DNA of 64,000 nt from a virus (lineage: Duplodnaviria > Heunggongvirae > Uroviricota > Caudoviricetes), in the IMG/VR virus record IMGVR_UViG_3300046557_000835. One strand, given 5' to 3'. The number at the start of each line of letters is the position of its first letter. The stretch's first letter is position 1. The notes below the pieces were generated by a model. That model was given only the letters and a program-made list of their open reading frames with translations, was not told the origin of the DNA and made no database searches. A program made the translations under genes and the position numbers. Positions 1 through 8,732 of this stretch are shown piece by piece.

Positions 1-704
1 ACGTCGAAATACAGGATGATGCCGAGGTGCAGTTCGCCGACGTCGTTCGAGTTGTCAACGATGAACAGGTCGCCGAACGAGATGGCATCTGCGTAGACAC
101 CGGCCGTGACGCGGTGGCTGCCGAAGTCGCTGTTGGACAGCGTGAACTCTTCGATCGCTTCGCGCAGGGCCGACTTCAGGATCGTGGCTTTCAGGTTGAT
201 CACCGAATTGGTCGAGACGATGTCTTCCAGATCGATGTGCCCCCCATAGCCGAGCGAACCGTTACCAGCCAGACGTTGTTCGCCGACCTTCTTGGTGCGG
301 CGGTACGGGAAGTACACGTAGGTGCCGTCGGCCTGCAGTTGACGTGCGACGAGGTACGGCAACAGTTGCTTGTAACGCGGATCACCCTTCTTCTTCTCAC
401 CCTTGGCGTTGATAACATGCCCATACAGAACACCAGTATCCTGGATGAAGACGGCGCCGAGTGCTTCGTCCAGGTATTCGCGTTCGCGGATGACCAGGTA
501 ACTTTGGACATTATCGCAGAACAACTCGTGCGGTACCTGGTTGATCGGATTAGCGAACAGGCTAGCGACACCCCCACCTTTGAGGGCAACGTTTTCGACA
601 CCGTAGTAAGCGCTGTCAACAGCCAGGATAAACTGTGGCAAACGTTTATTCGGTTGAGTAACGTAAATGGTGCCAGTAATGGCTTTTTCAACGAGTGAGG
701 TCAT
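1..704 (-). CDS. hypothetical protein, N-terminal 234 aa; gene runs off the window start
   Basis: By hand translation of the minus strand, an ATG at 704..702 (MTSLVEKAITGTIYVTQPNKRLPQF...) stays open down to position 1. Its start overlaps the stop of the upstream DHH gene as ATGA. It is missing from the ORF track because no stop falls inside the window. The listed 27..698(+) ORF is its antisense shadow in the same codon register. Confidence 0.5.
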   Translation of the reverse strand, partial: MTSLVEKAITGTIYVTQPNKRLPQFILAVDSAYYGVENVALKGGGVASLFANPINQVPHELFCDNVQSYLVIREREYLDEALGAVFIQDTGVLYGHVINAKGEKKKGDPRYKQLLPYLVARQLQADGTYVYFPYRRTKKVGEQRLAGNGSLGYGGHIDLEDIVSTNSVINLKATILKSALREAIEEFTLSNSDFGSHRVTAGVYADAISFGDLFIVDNSNDVGELHLGIILYFD

Positions 705-1669
705 TGCTGTTCTTCTTTCTGCGGGATTTCGAGTTGTTCAAAAACGAGAGCGAGGTCAACGGTCGCCCCAGAGGAATTTTCATGGCCTTTGCCACCGATA
801 CGCGCTGCGATTTGCGAGACATTCGCTCCGCCATCACGACGGCTACGGAACGAGTACTTCCGGCTTTGCCGCGCGTAGTTGTCTTCGAAGAGCACGACGA
901 ACGGCACTTCTGGGTATCGGGTGTAGATGATCTCGCCGGCCATGTTCACGAATTCTGCCGGCATGAAACACACCGGGATGCCTTCGTAATCGAGGAAGTT
1001 CGTGAAGTACAGATTGCGTTTGATCAGCGACTCAGCGATGTTCTGTTCTTGGGACACGATGATCGAGCCAATCGCTTTCAGTTTCTCGATGGCGTCGTGG
1101 GTGGCTGTGCAGAGGAAATCTGCCAATTCTTCGAGCTGCGCCTTGTGTGGCGGGAAGCTGTAGCGCAGCGCGCTTTGCACTTCGTCCGTCATCGCCAGCT
1201 CTTTAGTCCACAGGTCGTATGCCTGCGCGTAGCGAACCAGTAGCGGTGGTTGGGTTTCTTCGATGGTCGAGGCACCATTGCCGAAGAAGAAATCCCACAC
1301 CAACATCGCGCCCGACTTTTTGTTGTCGAACTTGACATACAGCTTTTCGAGCGCGGTATCGTTATTCCAGTCGAGCTGGCGCCACGGTTTCATGGCGTCG
1401 TCATGGTGGTCGATGACGTTCAGCGACTTCATCGTGTCGAGGTGCGGTAACAGTTCTTCTGGCGGGTATGTAAAATCGACCAGGTAAACATGTTTGTCCC
1501 GTACCAGTTTCAGTGGAGGGGCTTCGTTGTAGCGGACCGGTACGCATTCCACATTCCCTTTGAAGAAACGGTGGGTGAGGGCAGCTGCGATAAGTCCATC
1601 CATGCAGTTCGCATGGTACAAACAAACAACGTCGTGGGGTGTGGTGCTAGGATATCTCTCTTGGGACAT
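701..1669 (-). CDS. DHH/DHHA1-family phosphoesterase, NrnA-like (nanoRNase/pAp phosphatase-like)
   Basis: 322 aa. The N-terminal motif VVCLYHANCMDG and NVIDHHDD give the DHH signature. The C-terminal GGKGHENSSGA matches the DHHA1 GGGH motif. Length and two-domain layout fit NrnA. Confidence 0.7.
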   Translation of the reverse strand: MSQERYPSTTPHDVVCLYHANCMDGLIAAALTHRFFKGNVECVPVRYNEAPPLKLVRDKHVYLVDFTYPPEELLPHLDTMKSLNVIDHHDDAMKPWRQLDWNNDTALEKLYVKFDNKKSGAMLVWDFFFGNGASTIEETQPPLLVRYAQAYDLWTKELAMTDEVQSALRYSFPPHKAQLEELADFLCTATHDAIEKLKAIGSIIVSQEQNIAESLIKRNLYFTNFLDYEGIPVCFMPAEFVNMAGEIIYTRYPEVPFVVLFEDNYARQSRKYSFRSRRDGGANVSQIAARIGGKGHENSSGATVDLALVFEQLEIPQKEEQQ

Positions 1670-1684
1670 GATAGTTTTTAGTTA

Positions 1685-2317
1685 TTACCGCGATTGAGAA
1701 ACTTCTTTACCATACACCTTGCCATCACCCCAAGACCACAGGCGAATCCTTGGTGCCTTCTCTTTGAAACATTCACCACGTTGCTGGCTAGGCCAACGGA
1801 CATTGCTGTCGAAATGGATACCCTGCACCACCGTCTCACTGGCCGTCACCTTGAGTTCCATGACGGCTGGTGGTTCGTTGTACCGATCCCGTACCGGCCA
1901 CCCTTCCGTATCGATACCGAGTGGCGCACGGTCAAGTGGTCGCACTACCGTGAAGCGTTGTACCAGTGGACCATCTCGGCGGTACACCAGCACAGCGGTA
2001 CCCGCTGGTTCTTCCACCACGGTTGGCCAGTATGGTGCACCTTTCATGGCGGAGCACACCGGACACAGGTCGGGTGGCGCTTTACCTTGGACACTGGCGG
2101 GGTCTTGGTATTTCTCTAACCCTGTCCAGCCTAGGCGGATTGCATGTTCAATCAGCGTGATAGGCCGCAATTCACGATAACCTCTCGGCATCAGCGGTCC
2201 ACCTTTGTCTTCCCCATTACCGCCATCATAATGTTCACCACAATTGTCACACTCCAGCGCATGGCCGCGAACAGTGGCGAACATTTCGATACCCCCTACA
2301 GTAACAATGTGCCCCAC
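1685..2317 (-). CDS. hypothetical protein with two CxxC pairs (zinc-ribbon-like)
   Basis: 210 aa ORF carrying CDNCGEHY and CPVCSAM. It sits tight against its neighbours. Confidence 0.5.
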   Translation of the reverse strand: MGHIVTVGGIEMFATVRGHALECDNCGEHYDGGNGEDKGGPLMPRGYRELRPITLIEHAIRLGWTGLEKYQDPASVQGKAPPDLCPVCSAMKGAPYWPTVVEEPAGTAVLVYRRDGPLVQRFTVVRPLDRAPLGIDTEGWPVRDRYNEPPAVMELKVTASETVVQGIHFDSNVRWPSQQRGECFKEKAPRIRLWSWGDGKVYGKEVSQSR

Positions 2318-2318
2318 G

Positions 2319-2471
2319 TTATGCTCCTACTTTAAATGCGGCTGTCAATAAGGCATGAGTCAGCCATACTGCTGTGAATACTACAACGGATGCGGACAAC
2401 ACGATGATGATGGGAATGGGGGAAAGGATGAGGACTAACCCCATCATCAACGCTTTCAGTAAACTGTCCAT
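2319..2471 (-). CDS. small hydrophobic membrane protein (50 aa)
   Basis: Hand translation gives MDSLLKALMMGLVLILSPIPIIIVLSASVVVFTAVWLTHALLTAAFKVGA. It lies directly upstream of the 1685..2317 gene with a 1-nt gap. It is below the ORF-track length cutoff. Confidence 0.4.
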   Translation of the reverse strand: MDSLLKALMMGLVLILSPIPIIIVLSASVVVFTAVWLTHALLTAAFKVGA

Positions 2472-2495
2472 AGCTTTCCTCACTGTAATACTTTT

Positions 2496-2711
2496 TTAAT
2501 GACGGGTTCTTTTTCGGAACACAGTATCTATATTACAGGCCAATCCCACGCCTATCATAGCGATCACCGTAACCACGCCAAGCCACACCCATTTGTACCA
2601 CATCACCCAGTCTTTCGACGGATACCAGAAGCTGAGTGCGTGGGCGCCAAAAACCAATAACCATGTGGCGATCAAACAAGTACTTTGAATGTAATAGCGC
2701 ATGATTTCCAA
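2496..2711 (-). CDS. small membrane protein (71 aa, 2 predicted TM)
   Basis: Hydrophobic, W/Y-rich ORF. It is preferred over the overlapping 2533..2733 frame because its composition looks more protein-like. Confidence 0.45.
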   Translation of the reverse strand: MEIMRYYIQSTCLIATWLLVFGAHALSFWYPSKDWVMWYKWVWLGVVTVIAMIGVGLACNIDTVFRKRTRH

Positions 2712-2772
2712 ATAACAAAAAAAATGAAAGCAAAGAAAACAGGAGAGCCTACTGGCTCTCCCGCTTATGTTG

Positions 2773-3162
2773 TCACCTTATCGATGTCATGACTGGTTGA
2801 CCGTGATTTTGAAAGAACCGGCGGATAGTCAAACGCATGCCTTCCAAGAAGGAGTTAGGTGACCGGCGTGCGACACGCGCCACATAGGGTGCGTTGATGT
2901 CTTCCTTGATCAGGTAGAGCATCTCCTTGGTAAGCAATACCGGAAACCACACGAAGTGCGGAATCACCACCGTACTGAAGACGATCGCGACGAGGGTGTA
3001 GAGAAAGGACTGGCCATCGGTGAGCGAAGGTCGTAGAGCGATGAGTTGTTTCCCCCACCACATCACGATCTTAACCAACGCAACTTCCCAGTAAAACGCA
3101 CTTGCCACGTAGATGAGTACAAACATCAACATGATGAGTGCTTCTTGACACTTACGCATCAT
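2773..3162 (-). CDS. membrane protein (129 aa, multi-TM)
   Basis: Several hydrophobic segments. An AAGGAAAG RBS lies upstream of the ATG. Confidence 0.55.
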   Translation of the reverse strand: MMRKCQEALIMLMFVLIYVASAFYWEVALVKIVMWWGKQLIALRPSLTDGQSFLYTLVAIVFSTVVIPHFVWFPVLLTKEMLYLIKEDINAPYVARVARRSPNSFLEGMRLTIRRFFQNHGQPVMTSIR

Positions 3163-3195
3163 TCTTTCCTTTCTCTAGTTTATCGATCCTGGCGC

Positions 3196-3642
3196 TCACG
3201 GTTTATGCTTCAACCAGTCGCCCGATTCACCCGGTTGGGCGTCAGCCTGTTCTTCGACGTCATCCGTTGGTTCTTCCGGACCAGCCGGGATGAAACCATG
3301 GCAGCCGTGTTTCTCGAAATGCGCTTGCATCTCGGCGATCTCGGTCATCTTGGCGCGCACCGTCGGGTAATCGGGACGCACTTCGATGCACGGACGATAA
3401 CCACCCATCCCCAAGCGCGGATCGCTCTCGTTACGAACGGTGACGTTGAAGCCCGAGAAGGCGGCGTGTTGCAAGAAAGCGGCGAGTTTGACCTCGATCT
3501 CTTCTGCGGACATCTTCTTCGGGCGACCGATACCTTGCGGATAAACCATGTTGAAGGTTTCCACTTCGGCCTTGAGGGGACCAGTAAACGATTGCGAAAT
3601 CACACGGATCGTGTTGGGTACTACTGCTTCAGTATCTTTCAT
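3196..3642 (-). CDS. hypothetical protein (148 aa, acidic C-terminus)
   Basis: Clean ORF with an RBS. I could not recognise a family. Confidence 0.55.
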   Translation of the reverse strand: MKDTEAVVPNTIRVISQSFTGPLKAEVETFNMVYPQGIGRPKKMSAEEIEVKLAAFLQHAAFSGFNVTVRNESDPRLGMGGYRPCIEVRPDYPTVRAKMTEIAEMQAHFEKHGCHGFIPAGPEEPTDDVEEQADAQPGESGDWLKHKP

Positions 3643-3660
3643 ACTGCGTTCCTTTCTGGA

Positions 3661-4995
3661 TTAACCGTTGGTGCCGCTGCGCGTTTGGTCCGGGCGCAGA
3701 ACGAGATATGGTTCTCCCTGCACGTCGGAGCCCAAGTTAGCGGAAGACAACGTGGGCGATGGTAGAGAAATCCCATTCGAAGTCGAAGTTGAGGTAGGGG
3801 ATCGACGCACCCCGACCGACTTTCCCGATTTATCGGCCTCCAGCTCGTTGGTGATCTTGCTGGCCAGGTTATGGTCCAAATAACGCAGGTTGTACGATAC
3901 CCCGTCTTTGGCGAACAACAGCGTGTCGTATGCGTCACCGAAGCCGACGAAATGTTCTTGCGTCAGCACCACCCGTTCTTTCTGCCAGTTGGTGCTCGTG
4001 GAGACAGCATCGGCTTCGGTGGTCGAGACCTGGATATTAAAGATAAGCTCCATCTCGTCCTTGCCGATGTACGGACCTTCGTGCGTGCCGTGAGCGGTGG
4101 TGCGACACACTTTTTCACCGTTGTGGAAACCGGTGATTTCGAAGAGCGACCAGCTCTTGGTGTTGGTTTCCCCCATGATGTTCAGCACGTTGTTGAGGTT
4201 GTCGCCGAAGCGATTCATCTCTTTCACGTACTCGACCATCGAGTCGAAGTTCATGCCGTTCGATTCGCGGCCGTCACACAGACCCGTGTGCAGGAAAGCA
4301 CGCAGATGGTCTTCCGTGCAATTACTGAGGTTGGCCTGCACGTACTCGGCGATGACGTTGACTTCGAGGCGCTTGAACGGCAACACGTAACGCACCCGGC
4401 TGGGGCGGCCGAACATATACTTCGACACGTTGTCTTTGTCGTTGATCGTGAAACAGTACATCTTTTTGGCGCCGGTGTTGGTACCGTCGAGCAGGCGCAG
4501 GATGCCGGTCTGGTCGTCGACATCATCGTAGACTTTCTCGAACTCATCGAAGTTCACCAGACACTGTTGGGTGATGGTGGACAAGAACCAGTTCAGCACG
4601 CCAGCCGGGATCTTCTCGTCGACCAGGATGACCGGGAAACCCATCTCGATGACTTTGGCCGACAGGGTCTTGAGCAGCATGGTCTTGCCCGATCCCCGTT
4701 CACCCATCAGAACGATGCCGAGATTTTTGTCGTCGAGCTCGTAGGACTTGATGAAGCGGGTCACCAGGTCATTGATCTTGTCGCCGCCGTAGACGCGCTG
4801 CGGGGTCTTGAACGAGTTTTCCGGACGCAGGTAAATCTTGGCCGAAGTCATCGGCGTGGGTTCTTCGTACACCAGCGAAAACACGCCCGGCGGGATTTCC
4901 GGCACTGCGGTGCCGCGCACCATCGGATGCGGGACGATGTTGCCATCTTGCTCGATGTGGAAAATGAACTTGATTTCGTCTTTCTGGTTTGCCAT
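3661..4995 (-). CDS. classic-clade AAA ATPase, paralog A
   Basis: Walker A GERGSGKTML and Walker B LVNFDEFEK are present. The sensor-1/SRH-like stretch reads FTINDKDNVSKYMFGRPSRVRYVLPF (compare ATN...RPGRFD). It is paralogous to 5068..6495, sharing GMNFDSMVEYVKEMN. Confidence 0.75.
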   Translation of the reverse strand: MANQKDEIKFIFHIEQDGNIVPHPMVRGTAVPEIPPGVFSLVYEEPTPMTSAKIYLRPENSFKTPQRVYGGDKINDLVTRFIKSYELDDKNLGIVLMGERGSGKTMLLKTLSAKVIEMGFPVILVDEKIPAGVLNWFLSTITQQCLVNFDEFEKVYDDVDDQTGILRLLDGTNTGAKKMYCFTINDKDNVSKYMFGRPSRVRYVLPFKRLEVNVIAEYVQANLSNCTEDHLRAFLHTGLCDGRESNGMNFDSMVEYVKEMNRFGDNLNNVLNIMGETNTKSWSLFEITGFHNGEKVCRTTAHGTHEGPYIGKDEMELIFNIQVSTTEADAVSTSTNWQKERVVLTQEHFVGFGDAYDTLLFAKDGVSYNLRYLDHNLASKITNELEADKSGKSVGVRRSPTSTSTSNGISLPSPTLSSANLGSDVQGEPYLVLRPDQTRSGTNG

Positions 4996-5010
4996 GCTAT
5001 TTCCTTTTCT

Positions 5011-5022
5011 GTTGTTGATTAT
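5011..5022 (-). promoter_or_regulatory. conserved upstream motif ATAATCAACAAC (16 nt before the paralog-A ATG)
   Basis: Member of the 12-mer family. Confidence 0.35.
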
Positions 5023-5067
5023 GGTGCTACAAACAGGCCCGCCTTTTACGGAGGGCCTACTGAATGA

Positions 5068-6495
5068 TTAACTGTCGTAGGTGCCGTTGCGCTGCACGTG
5101 TGCACCCGAGAAATTACTGTTTTTCAGCTTCTGGGGCTTCGCTTCACGGCGGCCCGCGAAATTCGCCTTCATCAGGCTGTCCATGTTGTACATTTCCGGC
5201 AGGTGCTGCATGTGGTCAGGCAAGTAGCTGCGCCCCTGCATACTCTTGGGCAGCTCACCGGTTTCCTTGGTTCTCTGGATCGACTTTTCTTTGTACGCTT
5301 TCACGTCCGGCAGTTCCGTGTACTCCTTTTCAGCATCATGGTTGGCTTTCATGGCTTCGTTGTAACCGACCAGTTTGGCCATGAAGGTGAAGTCACCGTA
5401 ACGGAACTCGTACATATCGAGGTCTTCGCCGAACCCGACGAAATGCTCTTTGTCCAGATTGACGTTGACACGACGCGAGACTTCTTCGCCCTCTGCTGGC
5501 GGCAGCACCAGCATGGTATCGATGCTGTAATCGGAGTTGCCGTTGATGTAAGCGCTCTGGTGACGACCATGACCGCCGACTTTTTGCACTTTCTCGCCAT
5601 TATGGAAAACCGTGATCTCGAACGAGGTGTACGACTTTTTGCCGTTACGGATCATGAGTTCGAGCGCTTCATCCAGAGTGCAGTCGAAGTCGTTCATCTC
5701 TTTGACCAGTTCCACCATCGAGTCGAAATTCATGCCCTTGGACGGACCGGCATCGGCTAGCACCAGCGCCAAGAACGCCCGGATGTTTTCTTCCGTGGCG
5801 TTCTTCAGATTGGCGTTCACGTAATCGAGCGCAGCTTCGCGTTCGATCCGTTTGAAGGAAATGGTGTAGCGGATGCGGCTCGGACGGTCTTTCATGTATT
5901 CCGAGATCCGGTTGTCGTCGTTGGCAGTCAGCACGAACAGTTTCTTGTCACCCGACGAGGCGCCGTCCAGCATTTCCAGGATCGAGTTCTGGATGTCCGC
6001 TGGCTGGTCTTGCGGCGATTGACCGGGTTGTTGGCTGACTTTCTCACCATACTTCTTGTCGAACTCATCAACGCCGACCACGCAGGGTTGGGTGATGGTG
6101 TTCAGAAATGCGCTGAGCATATCGCCCGGCCAAGGCTTATCGATGAGAATCATCGGGTATCCCATCTGTACCGCCAGCACCGCGACTTGCTTGAGGGTCA
6201 GGGTTTTACCCGAGCCCGGGTCGCCGATCAGCAGCGCGCCCAAGTTCTTGTTGCCGAGCTCGTAGGCACGCATGAAGCGCTGGGCGTAGTTATTGACCTT
6301 GCCGTAGATCCGCTCCGGCAGCTTGAAGTCGTTCACCGGCATCAAGTACATGCCGATGTCCCTGTCGAATTCTAGGCGGTAGGTACCCGCCGGGATTTCG
6401 CGCACGATATTCGACTTCATTTCGCGCATCGGCACGATCTTACCGTCCGGGTGGCGGTCGAAGGCGAAGTTGACTTTGTTGGTTTTCTGTTCCAT
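5068..6495 (-). CDS. classic-clade AAA ATPase, paralog B
   Basis: Walker A GDPGSGKTLTL and Walker B VVGVDEFDK are present. The SRH-like stretch reads LTANDDNRISEYMKDRPSRIRYTISF. The best start is the second ATG at 6495, because a GAAGGA RBS sits 7 nt upstream. The track instead starts it at 6510. Confidence 0.75.
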   Translation of the reverse strand: MEQKTNKVNFAFDRHPDGKIVPMREMKSNIVREIPAGTYRLEFDRDIGMYLMPVNDFKLPERIYGKVNNYAQRFMRAYELGNKNLGALLIGDPGSGKTLTLKQVAVLAVQMGYPMILIDKPWPGDMLSAFLNTITQPCVVGVDEFDKKYGEKVSQQPGQSPQDQPADIQNSILEMLDGASSGDKKLFVLTANDDNRISEYMKDRPSRIRYTISFKRIEREAALDYVNANLKNATEENIRAFLALVLADAGPSKGMNFDSMVELVKEMNDFDCTLDEALELMIRNGKKSYTSFEITVFHNGEKVQKVGGHGRHQSAYINGNSDYSIDTMLVLPPAEGEEVSRRVNVNLDKEHFVGFGEDLDMYEFRYGDFTFMAKLVGYNEAMKANHDAEKEYTELPDVKAYKEKSIQRTKETGELPKSMQGRSYLPDHMQHLPEMYNMDSLMKANFAGRREAKPQKLKNSNFSGAHVQRNGTYDS

Positions 6496-6513
6496 GGTGA
6501 TATCCTTCATTAG

Positions 6514-6525
6514 TTGTTAATTATA
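6514..6525 (-). promoter_or_regulatory. conserved upstream motif ATAATTAACAAC (19 nt before the paralog-B ATG)
   Basis: Member of the 12-mer family. It contains TATAAT. Confidence 0.35.
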
Positions 6526-6551
6526 GGTAACCTACTCTTGGGTACTACGGT

Positions 6552-6929
6552 TTACCGCAAAGAAGTCATGGTGAGCATACCCACGTCCTTCGCTGGCTGG
6601 TGGTTGCGTCGGACGCGTTTGGGCTTCGCGTTGGCGGCAAGTAACTGGGCTTCTTCTTGGGCTTTCTGGCAGTGGGCTTTGTAGTTAGCGAACAACCGCC
6701 GCCACAAATCTTTTTGTGCCAAGATGCCAAGGCAGGTGTAATCGTAAGAAAGATTCTCTTCCTTTTCACCCGCTGTGTAAGTGATAATGCAAGACTGACG
6801 ACATACACCCGCGATCACCTGACGAAGTCGCTGTATGCAAATGTCATGTTTCTTCATCAATTCATCGACGGAGACCCCGTTGAGGAACGCTTCAAAAATC
6901 TCGATGTCGCGCCACAAGTTCTTTCTCAC
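6552..6929 (-). CDS. small HTH DNA-binding protein (possible transcription regulator)
   Basis: 125 aa with a GTG start and a GGAGGA RBS. The N-terminal helix-turn-helix-like segment LNGVSVDELMKKHDICIQRLRQVI resembles sigma region 4 / LuxR-type HTH. Confidence 0.45.
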   Translation of the reverse strand: MRKNLWRDIEIFEAFLNGVSVDELMKKHDICIQRLRQVIAGVCRQSCIITYTAGEKEENLSYDYTCLGILAQKDLWRRLFANYKAHCQKAQEEAQLLAANAKPKRVRRNHQPAKDVGMLTMTSLR

Positions 6930-7015
6930 TTAAGTCCTCCGTTAATGGTGGTGGGACACACCCAGCAATCATGCGTAACAAACCATCTGGGGTCTGAATG
7001 ATTTTTTCATTAGGC

Positions 7016-7046
7016 AGCATAAAAAGCCAACCCGCGAGGGCTGGCT
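7016..7046 (-). terminator. hairpin followed by U-run, then ATGCTGC, on the minus strand
   Basis: Stem AGCCAACCC / GGGCTGGCT (9 bp, 1 mismatch) with loop GCGA. On the minus strand the hairpin is followed by TTTTT and then ATGCTGCC. Confidence 0.4.
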
Positions 7047-7118
7047 TTCCGCGTGAGCTAATCACTCTATCGCTTAGATCAAGGGAGTAATATGTGCGTT
7101 TTTTAATCTAGAACCACA

Positions 7119-7244
7119 TCATTTTACTTCTTTTTTGGTCTCGTTGTCGAACTTATACAAGCTCTTCATCGGCGCCCTGCCCTGACTTTCGAGATGCTGG
7201 TTCAGGTTATCTTGAGTGAACTCTACACTACCACGTTCACTCAT
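7119..7244 (-). CDS. small ORF (41 aa) MSERGSVEFTQDNLNQHLESQGRAPMKSLYKFDNETKKEVK
   Basis: Hand translation. Its ATG overlaps, as ATGA, the stop of the 7241..7549 frame. Confidence 0.25.
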   Translation of the reverse strand: MSERGSVEFTQDNLNQHLESQGRAPMKSLYKFDNETKKEVK

Positions 7245-7476
7245 GTTCTTTGCCTCTTTTTACAATAACACGCGGGATCTCCCGCCATTGCCTTAATTGT
7301 CCGCCTCCAATAGTCGGAGCAACCCACAGTTGTTGCAACTTTTGCTGATCCGGCATGTGGGTGCCTTCGGGCACAGCGATCCGCAATTGAAGGGTTGGAG
7401 CATAATCGCCAGATTGGCACGTCGCGTAGCGAAGTGCTTTGCTCGTTTCGCTTTCGGGAATTGTTGCGGTATTCAT
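7237..7476 (-). CDS. hypothetical protein (about 79 aa); frame choice uncertain
   Basis: The frame giving MNTATIPESETSKALRYATCQSGDYAPTLQ... has a protein-like composition and an AGGTGG SD 8 nt upstream of the ATG at 7476. The alternative overlapping frame 7241..7549 is Arg/Cys-rich. Confidence 0.3.
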   Translation of the reverse strand: MNTATIPESETSKALRYATCQSGDYAPTLQLRIAVPEGTHMPDQQKLQQLWVAPTIGGGQLRQWREIPRVIVKRGKEHE

Positions 7477-7542
7477 TTGATGGTCCACCTAGGGCTCCCA
7501 TTTGTTTTAGCTTATACCTTGAATGTTGCAAATAAAAAATAC

Positions 7543-7578
7543 ACAGCATACTCCCGCTACCCCGAGAGGTAGCGGGAG
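7543..7578 (-). terminator. CCCGCTACC-family hairpin followed by TATGCTGT, then a U-run
   Basis: Stem CTCCCGCTACC / GGTAGCGGGAG with loop CCGAGAG. It lies 5 nt after the stop of the 7584..8069 gene. On the minus strand it is followed by TATGCTGTGTATTTTTTATTTG. Confidence 0.5.
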
Positions 7579-7583
7579 CGCTA

Positions 7584-8069
7584 TTAGTGGTACACGAATT
7601 TGTGGTTAATCTTTACTTTCAGCTGCGCGATCTTCTCGTCACTGTTGACGGCTTCAGGACGGGGGAAGTACTCGCTTTTGAACAGATTGGTGTTGTCCCG
7701 TTCAAACAGCTGATCGAAAATACTCGACAGCGTCTGCGCCCGCGGCGAAGGTATCGGGACAATTCCCACGGTACGCACATGAATCCATGGTTCATCGTTA
7801 TCGCCCGGATAAAGATTACAGCCTTGTTCTTGCATGAGTTCCAGCGCTTCACGCAAGTAACTGTCCTGAACCAATGGCCACACCGAGGTACTGGGGTGAA
7901 TCCCTTTCGCCAAATCGATGCGAAAGTTTTGTGCCGCCGCGTAGATGGTTGCCAGATCAAACGGCAGTCCCACCACACGCGAGTACGCCAACGTGCCTTT
8001 GCTCTTGTTCAGTCGACCACGTTTACGACCAGGAGCAGTGACAGGTAATCCAAAGCGAGAGATGGACAT
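7584..8069 (-). CDS. hypothetical protein (161 aa) with a basic N-terminus (GRKRGR)
   Basis: Clean ORF followed by the hairpin above. Confidence 0.55.
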   Translation of the reverse strand: MSISRFGLPVTAPGRKRGRLNKSKGTLAYSRVVGLPFDLATIYAAAQNFRIDLAKGIHPSTSVWPLVQDSYLREALELMQEQGCNLYPGDNDEPWIHVRTVGIVPIPSPRAQTLSSIFDQLFERDNTNLFKSEYFPRPEAVNSDEKIAQLKVKINHKFVYH

Positions 8070-8080
8070 GGTACTCCTTT

Positions 8081-8728
8081 CTATTCTAGTTGTTTACGAC
8101 ACCAGTATTCGTAGCGCATCTTGATACCGCCGCTTAAGAAATGGGAACTATACGAATGTCCCAACCAGAAACGTTCCTGCAGTTCTGGAAAGAACGTGTC
8201 GCATTGGGCATCATGGTTGAAACGGGTCAAGATCATGTCGTTGACATAGTTGTCCTGCAACGCTTGCTTGTAGATCTCACCACCACCGATGATAAAGATC
8301 TGGATCGGCAGTTCCGGCAGACGGTTGACGTCGCCATGCGTGATGAAGTCTTGGTTGCGGTAATAATCTTCCGCGTACTGGACCGCGCCAACCAGAGTCA
8401 TACCAAACTTCAAGTTGGGCAGCTCGTGGAACTTTTCGATGTAGGCGCCATCACGCGAGATGACAATGTTCAAACGGTCAGGTAACGGTTTGCAACCGAG
8501 CGATTCGAATGTCTTACGACCCATGATCACCGCATGACCAGTGGTCAAACGCTTAAACTGTTTCATATCGGGGCTAACAGCCCACGGCATCACACCGTTC
8601 TTGCCGATACCGTTTTTGACATCCATCGCTGCAATCAGGGTGATATTGCGACCGCTAGGGTTCGGAACCGGAATCACGTTACCGTGAGTATTAAAACCAA
8701 AGCGTGCTGCACGTTGTTGCTGGTTCAT
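8081..8728 (-). CDS. folA: dihydrofolate reductase
   Basis: The DHFR core reads ITLIAAMDVKNGIGKNGVMPWAVSPDMKQFKRLTTGHAVIMGRKTFESLG. It carries an N-terminal extension of about 30 aa. Confidence 0.85.
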   Translation of the reverse strand: MNQQQRAARFGFNTHGNVIPVPNPSGRNITLIAAMDVKNGIGKNGVMPWAVSPDMKQFKRLTTGHAVIMGRKTFESLGCKPLPDRLNIVISRDGAYIEKFHELPNLKFGMTLVGAVQYAEDYYRNQDFITHGDVNRLPELPIQIFIIGGGEIYKQALQDNYVNDMILTRFNHDAQCDTFFPELQERFWLGHSYSSHFLSGGIKMRYEYWCRKQLE

Positions 8729-8732
8729 CTTT

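Noticed and set aside
27-698. 223-aa plus-strand ORF and overlapping 200..691 minus ORF
   Set aside because: Both are alternative frames of a real minus-strand gene (1..704) that lacks a stop inside the window. The plus ORF shares its codon register as antisense.
2533-2733. 66-aa minus ORF overlapping 2496..2711
   Set aside because: Less protein-like than the overlapping hydrophobic frame.
3871-5067. 398-aa plus-strand ORF
   Set aside because: Antisense of AAA paralog A.
6511-6551. Host sigma-70 promoter upstream of AAA paralog B (TATAAT present)
   Set aside because: There is no convincing -35 at 16-18 bp spacing. The TATAAT is part of the recurrent phage 12-mer, so it was assigned to that motif instead.
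7241-7549. 102-aa minus ORF alternative to 7237..7476
   Set aside because: It is Arg/Cys-rich, and its ATG lies inside the terminator-associated ACAGCATA element. It is kept as a possibility because its stop forms an ATGA junction with the 41-aa ORF.
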